A stretch of 32,000 nucleotides of DNA from Idiomarina loihiensis L2TR (GTDB lineage: Bacteria > Pseudomonadota > Gammaproteobacteria > Enterobacterales > Alteromonadaceae): NCBI RefSeq assembly GCF_000008465.1, contig NC_006512.1:1710001-1742000 (forward strand), written 5' to 3'. Numbering within the stretch: the first letter of the stretch is position 1; the number at the start of each line of letters is the position of its first letter. Positions 27,457-32,000 of the stretch are shown here, piece by piece. A program made the translations under genes and the position numbers. The notes under the pieces were generated by a model. It did not search any database. It was not told the DNA's origin and was given only the letters and a program-made list of their open reading frames with translations.

Positions 27457-27624
27457 AGCTCGAGTTCAGCAAAGGCCCTATCAGCATCCTCTTGAGTAAT
27501 GCCAATATAGCGCAGCGCCAGCAACCTCAGATGGCCGAACCATAATCAGCAGTTGCCATTTAATTAATGGTCTTGTAACCATACTAAGGCGAGCATTACC
27601 TTCGAAAAGATATCTAACTACAGA

Positions 27625-28422
27625 CTAATTTAGCTGCCAGTAAAACATCCGAGCTTCTTTATTAAGCGCTGTTACGGTAATAGCTTCGTCACAAGCTTTG
27701 CCAGCGGCGCCGTAGCAAACGTGCAACGGTAACAAGTGTTCTTCGCGCGGATGACAAAACTCGGCAAATGGTGCTTGTTGCCAATGGCTGAGCTTATCGG
27801 CGCGCTCTTCTTCATTTAGCGTTTCACTGCTGCATACTTGCTCTAACCAGTTTTGAAATTCTGCGTTTTTACTATCTGCTTTTGCGTCTTCCGGGGAGAA
27901 AAATGCCTTCATATTGTGAAATGAAAAACCGGATCCCAAAATTAACAGGTTGTCATAATCTAGGTTAGCCAGGGCTTTTCCCAATTTCATGTGAGCATTA
28001 GCATCAAGCGTATTCATCAAAGACAGCTGCACGCAGGGAATATCGGCTTGCGGAAACATAATTTTAAGAGGCACAAAAAGTCCGTGGTCAAAACCACGCT
28101 CCGACTCCCCCACCGACTCGATACCCGCCGCCGTTATTGCGCCCAGTAGTTCCTTAGCCAGATCCGGCTCGCCAGGTGCCGGATAAGTGATTTGGTAAGA
28201 TTCCGGTGGAAAGCCGTAATAATCATAAATGAGTTCCGGTTTCTCACCCGTGGTTACATGCGGTATATCAGTTTCCCAATGAGCGCTAACGACAAGAATG
28301 GCATCGGGTTTAGGCATCCGTGCGGCCACACCTTGAAGCACTTTATTCAGGCTCTCATGAGTTTTGTCGCCTAATAGTGGCATAGGGCCGCCACCGTGGG
28401 CGATATATAATGCCTGTCTCAT
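27625..28422 (-). CDS. ygiD: Class III extradiol dioxygenase, 4,5-DOPA dioxygenase (YgiD) family
   Basis: 265 aa. ALYIAHGGGPMPLL, ILVVSAHWE, GFDHGLFVPL and LILGSGFSFHN are typical of LigB/YgiD-type enzymes. Confidence 0.8.
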   Translation of the reverse strand: MRQALYIAHGGGPMPLLGDKTHESLNKVLQGVAARMPKPDAILVVSAHWETDIPHVTTGEKPELIYDYYGFPPESYQITYPAPGEPDLAKELLGAITAAGIESVGESERGFDHGLFVPLKIMFPQADIPCVQLSLMNTLDANAHMKLGKALANLDYDNLLILGSGFSFHNMKAFFSPEDAKADSKNAEFQNWLEQVCSSETLNEEERADKLSHWQQAPFAEFCHPREEHLLPLHVCYGAAGKACDEAITVTALNKEARMFYWQLN

Positions 28423-28499
28423 CTATCACTCCTCATTTATCCGGTTTACTTCTTAGGATAGAGTCTACACCTGACGTGCAACTTTATGGGGTCACTTCA

Positions 28500-28535
28500 G
28501 AATGAGCGGCTTTTTATATGGAATTGGTGGATCTG
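28500..28535 (-). repeat. ssrA-derived direct repeat, copy B
   Basis: gaatgagcggctttttatatggaattggtggatctg is 34/36 identical to 7824-7859. It contains only the right half of the terminator stem seen at copy A. Confidence 0.7.
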
Positions 28536-28557
28536 GCGGGCGTTGAACCCACAAACC
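28525..28557 (-). ncRNA. ssrA: tmRNA (ssrA) 3'-end fragment: T-arm, acceptor strand and CCA only; non-functional
   Basis: The minus strand reads GGTTT GTGGG TTCAACG CCCGC CAGATCC A CCA, i.e. a 5-bp T stem, 7-nt T loop, 7-nt acceptor strand, discriminator A and CCA. It is very close to the E. coli ssrA end as I recall it (GCGGGTTCAACTCCCGCCAGCTCCACCA). Upstream sequence is AT-rich and not tmRNA-like. Confidence 0.65.
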
Positions 28558-28649
28558 TTCTATATTTATCAAATATATGTGCCATTAATTGACAACCACT
28601 TTAAATTTCAGCATTGTTAACGCAACAACTATTAACTTTAAAAGTTTAT

Positions 28650-29867
28650 ATGTCAAGCTTTGAGCGTTTGGAAGAAATAAAAACTGAAAAATACTATCGA
28701 AAACTACAAAAAAAAGACGTAGACGGTCGTATAGCAAATAATAATCGATATCTAATAAACCAAGAGGATCAGTTAGGTTTTGATAGTATAGATGGTGAAA
28801 TCAACTTAAAATTTAGAGAACGTCGATTTGTAGCAGAGATAATTATCACAGCAAAAGAATTGACCAGTGACTCTCTATCAGTTGTCTCAAAGCTTGCAGG
28901 TGAACCTCAATACAAAAAATACGAAGTTAATGAATCAAAAGCAGGAATATTTTGCGATATTTTTTCTTCTTGCGATGAAATACAAATTCGCCTAAAAGAC
29001 GAAACTCTCATTGAGTCCATAACAATTTATTACTACGAAGAATCTGATTTCTCAGGTATTTTATCTGATATTAGTGATATCCGAGAGGTTATAAGCGAAA
29101 TTAATAATAAAAAAGAAAAACACAATGAGTTAATAAAAGACAATGACATATTACTACGTCAAATTGAAGAATTAGAAACTCACGTGGCCGAAGTCCGTGG
29201 AGAGGTTAAAACTTTTGAAATAGAGCGTGAAAGAGCCGAAGAGCGGTTCAATAAGCTCTTAGATCAAACCCAAACTAAAAATGAAATTATTCAAAAACAG
29301 AATGCAGAGTTATCCAGGTTAGACAAGTCAGTCAAAGGCAAGAATCTTGAGCTTAAAAGTTTAAATCGCGAAATCGGTAACTATAACGACACAGTTAAAG
29401 GCTATAGAAGTCATAGCAGAAATATAAACTATTTTTATTACTTTGCTATTATTGTATGTTTGATTTTGCTTTGGTGTTCAGTAGATGTGATTATTGAACA
29501 AGCCCTGTCATTTTCTGGTAAAGAATTTGATGATCTCGATGACGCGTTGAACTTCTTAGTAGCAAAATTCCCGGTCACTGCCGCCATGGTAACTGTCTCG
29601 TTTGTTTTGCTAAGTCTTGCGAAGTATTGCATCAACATTATAAATAATATTAATAACCAATCCTTAGAGCTAACTAAGTTTTCGGTGCTTGCAAAGCATG
29701 TAGTAGATCAAACGAATGATGAAGCTAGTAAAGATTTTTCAGTAGAAGAAATTAACAAACAAAAAGCGATGGTCATCGGTGAGTTAATGGCTGAAAAATG
29801 GAAGTCAGAATTTTCATTGCAAACAAGCAAAAAAGCTCAAAAAGACGATAGCAGTCCTGAAACTTAG
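28650..29867 (+). CDS. Hypothetical coiled-coil membrane protein
   Basis: The start is set at the ATG at 28650 (the track uses TTG at 28614). There is an N-terminal soluble region, then a long heptad-like charged segment (KKEKHNELIKDNDILLRQIEELETHVAEVRGEVKTFEIERERAEERFNKLLDQ...). Two hydrophobic helices follow (YFYYFAIIVCLILLWCSVDVII and FPVTAAMVTVSFVLLSLAKYCI). The gene is very AT-rich. Confidence 0.6.
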   Translation: MSSFERLEEIKTEKYYRKLQKKDVDGRIANNNRYLINQEDQLGFDSIDGEINLKFRERRFVAEIIITAKELTSDSLSVVSKLAGEPQYKKYEVNESKAGIFCDIFSSCDEIQIRLKDETLIESITIYYYEESDFSGILSDISDIREVISEINNKKEKHNELIKDNDILLRQIEELETHVAEVRGEVKTFEIERERAEERFNKLLDQTQTKNEIIQKQNAELSRLDKSVKGKNLELKSLNREIGNYNDTVKGYRSHSRNINYFYYFAIIVCLILLWCSVDVIIEQALSFSGKEFDDLDDALNFLVAKFPVTAAMVTVSFVLLSLAKYCINIINNINNQSLELTKFSVLAKHVVDQTNDEASKDFSVEEINKQKAMVIGELMAEKWKSEFSLQTSKKAQKDDSSPET

Positions 29868-29902
29868 TTAATCCATCGTCCATACCTTAGTACGAGCATA
29901 TT

Positions 29903-29924
29903 CCAGTTAGAATGCCCTAACTGG
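29903..29924 (+). terminator. Hairpin downstream of the coiled-coil membrane protein gene
   Basis: CCAGTTAG-aatgcc-CTAACTGG forms an 8-bp perfect stem, but the T tract is weak (ttcgct). Confidence 0.35.
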
Positions 29925-29988
29925 TTCGCTACCCACATATAATTGTAGCCGTTCGAAAGCATAAACGAAGCATAAGAATGCCGACAAT

Positions 29989-30829
29989 GAGACTGTAAAA
30001 GATTTTGTGTAAATGACTGATTGCACTGTTAAATCCAATCCTAGTTCATGATCTCGAATTGCGCCATGGCCGGTTTCCAGTTGCGTATGGGCATCGTCCA
30101 CTTTTTCGAGGCCTGATGCAAGGCCAAGTACAACACATTCATGACGGCTTCGTCATTCGGGAATGACCGCCGCGTCTTGGTGATTTTGCGCAGTGACGCG
30201 TTTAGCGACTCAATGGCATTGGTGGTGTAAATAGCTTTTCGGATTTCTACCGGGTACTCAAAGAACACGCTCAGCCGCTTCCAGTTTGCACGCCATGAAC
30301 GGCTGATGGTCGGATGCTCTTCATCCCACTTTTCTGCAAACAGCTCGAGAGCCTGCTCGGCTTCAGCCCGTGTTGCTGCGCCATAAATCAATTTGAGGTC
30401 AGCTGCGATGGTCTTGCGTTGTTTCCAGTTTACGTAGCGTAGCGAGTGGCAAATTTGATGCACAATGCACAGTTGCACCTGAGTTTTTGGGTAAACCGCT
30501 TCAATGGCTTCCGGGAAGCCCTTCAGGCCATCGCAACAGGCGATAAAGATGTCATCGACACCGTGGTTTTTAAGCTCGTTCATCACGGATAACCAGAACT
30601 TAGCGCCTTCAGATTGTGCCACCCACAGGCCGAGGAGCCCTTTTCACCGTCGGTGTTAATGCCAAGCGCCAGGTAGACCGACTTATTTTGAACAACGCCG
30701 GAGTCACGGCTACGAACCACCAGACAATAGAGGTAAACGACCGGGTAAAGCTTTGTCAGTGGTCGATGTTGCCAGACCTTTACTTCGTCCATGACGGCGT
30801 TGGTCACCTGGGAAATAATGAATCGCCAC
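29989..30829 (-). mobile_element. IS256-family element remnant (3' part only), truncated by the adjacent IS3-family element
   Basis: It carries the 3' two-thirds of a mutator-type transposase gene. Both boundaries are approximate: the right limit is the inferred IS3 left end, and the left limit is a plausible terminal repeat (gagactgtaaaagattttgtg). Confidence 0.6.
30041..30829 (-). pseudogene. IS256-family (mutator-type) transposase, 5'-truncated and frameshifted
   Basis: Two overlapping track ORFs (30583-30891 and 30041-30622) join as ...[11 protein letters not shown] / [27 protein letters not shown] only if one base is restored near 30643. About 130 N-terminal codons are missing. The expected first catalytic Asp reads Tyr ([11 protein letters not shown]). 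Confidence 0.75.
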
Positions 30830-30874
30830 TGATTTGCTAGACACCTCATAGCTATAGATAATGGCATAAAAGAG

Positions 30875-31159
30875 GTGCTTATGAGTAACAACCGATACCC
30901 TGAAGAATTTAAAATCGAAGCTGTCCGGCAAATTACCGATAAAGGTTATTCTGTTGCTGACGTTTCAAGACGGCTCGATGTTTCCGTTCATAGTTTATAT
31001 GCCTGGGTTAAGAAGTACGGTCCAGAAGCAGAAAAACACGCAGCTCAAACCGAAGAGCAGGCTGAACTAAAACGTTTAAGAAAAGAGTTACAGCGTGTCA
31101 CTGAAGAGCGTGACATATTAAAAAAAGCCGCGGCGTACTTCGCGAAGCAGTCCGACTAA
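30875..31159 (+). CDS. IS3-family transposase OrfA
   Basis: [47 protein letters not shown]... contains the HTH and a leucine-zipper-like region. The slippery run A_AAA_AAA lies at 31120-31126, in phase. Confidence 0.9.
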   Translation: MLMSNNRYPEEFKIEAVRQITDKGYSVADVSRRLDVSVHSLYAWVKKYGPEAEKHAAQTEEQAELKRLRKELQRVTEERDILKKAAAYFAKQSD

Positions 31160-32000
31160 GGTACGCCTTTATTAAACATCACAAGGACTGTTGGCCGATA
31201 CGTAAGTTATGCCGCTTACTGGACGTCCACCCGAGTGGTTATTATGCGTGGCTCAAAGAGCCTTGCTCGCGTCGACAAAAGCGCGATGCTCGTCAGACGG
31301 GTCTTATTAAGCAATTCTGGCTGGAATCTGGTGGCGTCTACGGTTATCGAAAAATCCACAGCGACCTGCGCGAATATGGTGAGCGGATTGGTATCAATCG
31401 AGTTCACCGGTTGATGAAACTAAGCCAGCTTAAGGCTCAGGTTGGTTATCGTAAGCCTCGCCACCGTGGTGGTGTCTCTCATATCGTTACGCCTAATAGA
31501 TTAAACCGGGTGTTTAATACTGAGCAGCCTAACCAGGCCTGGGTAACCGATGTCACCTACATTAAAACCCATGAAGGCTGGCTCTACTTAGCGGTGGTTG
31601 TTGATCTGTTCTCGCGACGAGTGATCGGCTGGTCAATGCAGCAACGAATGACAAAAGAGTTAGTTCTTGATGCGCTACTCATGGCGATATGGCGACGAAA
31701 GCCTAAACAGAAAGTCGTGGTGCACTCCGACCAAGGAAGCCAATATACAAGCCATGACTGGAGCTCATTCCTAAAGAGCAATAATCTGGAAGGCAGCATG
31801 AGTCGCCGTGGAAATTGTCATGATAACGCTGTTGCTGAGAGCTTTTTCCAGCTACTTAAACGAGAGCGTATTAAGCGGAAAATATATTCAAACCGAGCTG
31901 AAGCTCGTCGAGATGTGTTTGACTATATTGAGATGTTTTACAACTCGAAACGCCGGCACAGTTCCAATGATCAGTTATCGCCGGTAGAGTATGAAAAACG
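31120..32000 (+). CDS. IS3-family transposase OrfB (-1 frame, partial; continues beyond the window)
   Basis: Hand translation of the -1 frame gives [44 protein letters not shown]...WVTDVTYIKT...VHSDQGSQYTS...CHDNAVAESFFQLLKRE...LSPVEYEK. This is a DDE integrase core with no stop before base 32000. Confidence 0.85.

Larger units (their letters stand above)
30830..32000 (+). mobile_element. Second IS3-family insertion sequence (different from the one in darT); right end off-window
   Basis: orfA/orfB are arranged with an A_AAA_AAA slippery run. The left end is inferred at TGATTTGCTAGACACC (30830), where IS256 transposase homology stops. The boundary is approximate. Confidence 0.75.

Noticed and set aside
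28525-28900. Possibility that the tmRNA-like sequence at 28525-28557 is the 3' end of an intact minus-strand ssrA gene.
   Set aside because: Only about 33 nt (T-arm, acceptor strand, CCA) are tmRNA-like. The sequence immediately upstream on the minus strand (GATAAATATAGAA...) is AT-rich promoter and coding sequence of the plus-strand gene at 28650. No GGGGCUG-type 5' acceptor complement is visible about 350 nt away, and the acceptor strand carries a pairing-breaking change.
1-32000. CRISPR arrays, rRNA genes, intact tRNA genes, integrase/excisionase genes and prophage structural genes.
   Set aside because: I found no regularly spaced short repeats, no rRNA-like conserved blocks and no full cloverleaf candidates. 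None of the ORFs shows tyrosine or serine recombinase motifs or phage structural motifs.

Overview
The gene content looks like a marine gammaproteobacterial chromosome; the taxon is inferred from gene content only.

**Bases 1-7800: ordinary chromosome.** A partial PHP-type phosphoesterase lipoprotein, a TonB-dependent receptor, a cytochrome b561, an MDR oxidoreductase and an oleate hydratase.

**ssrA-derived repeats.** At 7815-7859 a strong minus-strand terminator lies next to the last 11 nt of a tmRNA (ssrA)-type acceptor end. A 34/36-identical copy of this 36-mer recurs at 28500-28535. There it extends into a 33-nt tmRNA-like T-arm/acceptor fragment. The two direct repeats bracket a 20.6-kb segment that has no integrase.

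**Island, left half (7.9-17.9 kb).** Twelve genes form six strictly alternating divergent effector/regulator pairs: RidA/TetR, methyltransferase/Rrf2, alpha-beta hydrolase/CGNR, MFS/MmyB-like, SDR/LysR and azoreductase/LysR.

**Island, right half (18.0-27.4 kb).** A co-directional, visibly AT-richer string of defence-type genes:
- a small single-pass membrane protein followed by an intact 912-aa Upf1/DNA2-like SF1 helicase with a C-terminal DUF2726/Vsr-like nuclease domain;
- darT-darG, with darT split by a 1222-bp IS3-family element flanked by a 3-bp GAC duplication;
- an N-terminal stub of hsdM;
- a SEC-C-motif protein;
- a frameshifted HipA-like kinase translationally coupled to a DUF3037 protein.

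**Right of the second repeat.** An AT-rich coiled-coil membrane protein, then a decayed IS256-family transposase cut by a second IS3-family element that runs off the window.

I saw no rRNA, intact tRNA or CRISPR array. All family calls come from motif recognition by eye; no searches were run.
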